Below, piece by piece: positions 63,186 through 64,000 of a DNA stretch of 64,000 nt (the first letter of the stretch is position 1; each line of letters starts with the position of its first letter). Below the pieces are notes generated by a model. That model saw nothing but the letters and a program-made list of their open reading frames with translations, was not told the DNA's origin and searched no databases. Location: positions 37,464,004-37,528,003 of the forward strand of contig NC_068982.1 in the NCBI RefSeq assembly GCF_001194135.2. The letters are read 5' to 3'. The DNA is from Octopus bimaculoides (Eukaryota). The position numbers were made by a program, and so were the translations under genes.

Positions 63186-64000
63186 TCCACCCAAAGACTG
63201 TTACATCCAATGGGGCTTAGGCTCCAACTTGAGCAACACTGAGTAGAGGCTCTAGTTGGCTAGAACTCTTTGCAAAGTTGAGTAGCAAAATTACCAAATT
63301 CAGTATATTGCTGGCATTTTTTGTTGACTTGAAATAACTTGAGAAAAGATTTGAAACTGTCTAGATATAAAGGATATTTATTTCGACTATATAAAAGTTG
63401 TGGATAAAATTTACTATAGTAATATAAATAAACATGCACCGTCTTGATGGAAATGTTTTCGTAATTGTAAATAATTGCTTTTAAACATTGCTTCAAGGTT
63501 TGTTAGAGAGCAGACTTTAGCAAGAATGCTTTAAATGTTACCTCGATACATTAAACAACTAAGCAGCATAATCATATCAACAATTATAAATCTAAAACCT
63601 TCTAATACTTCTACCATCAATAGAACTCTCTTATGTGGAGGTATAAATTGTATAGTGTCATGTCTGTCTATTGCTTTTTCTGAGTTGCAGCGGAAGGTAA
63701 AAATAGTTTTATTGTGTACCTAAATTTTTCTGAAATATTGTTTACTTAAATTTTTTAGTTAAATATACATTTTATTAGCGTTCTTATTTTTAATGCATGG
63801 ATTAGATAATTTGAATAACTCTAACGTTCATCTGAGATCTAGTTATCCTTTCTGTATACAAAATATAGTCACTTTACACTTTTAAATCGAATTTGTCAGT
63901 TTTGGTATGTCAGAATTGTTATATAAAAACTTATATTCATATTTATACACAACAACTTTATCTGCCATTTCTGGTAGATTATTCATTAATAAAAATGCAT

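Overview
AT-rich, gapped (N-runs) animal genomic DNA, most likely an octopus/coleoid cephalopod (inferred from the SINE and RTE-LINE families; not database-verified). Much of the window is decayed repeats: RTE LINEs, a second LINE clade, tRNA-type SINEs, mariner/Tc1, hAT, TTAA MITEs and microsatellites. Among them are intact + strand coding exons: a THAP zinc finger exon (12585-13079), a low-complexity linker exon (32175-32575), an intact 514-codon Crypton-type tyrosine-recombinase (DUF3504-like) ORF (40108-41652), and a two-exon BTB/POZ unit (53406-53568, 55888-56868). The main observation is that the THAP module and the recombinase module both 'end' at a TAA that is really part of a phase-2 GTAAG splice donor (GG|GTAAGT, AC|GTAAGC). 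The first BTB exon has a phase-2 acceptor with an open frame upstream of its ATG. A third, non-coding CpG-rich candidate first exon with a GTGAGT donor lies at about 42.6 kb. This predicts one locus in which alternative transposon-derived N-terminal modules are spliced onto a common BTB module. The model comes from sequence only and needs transcript evidence.
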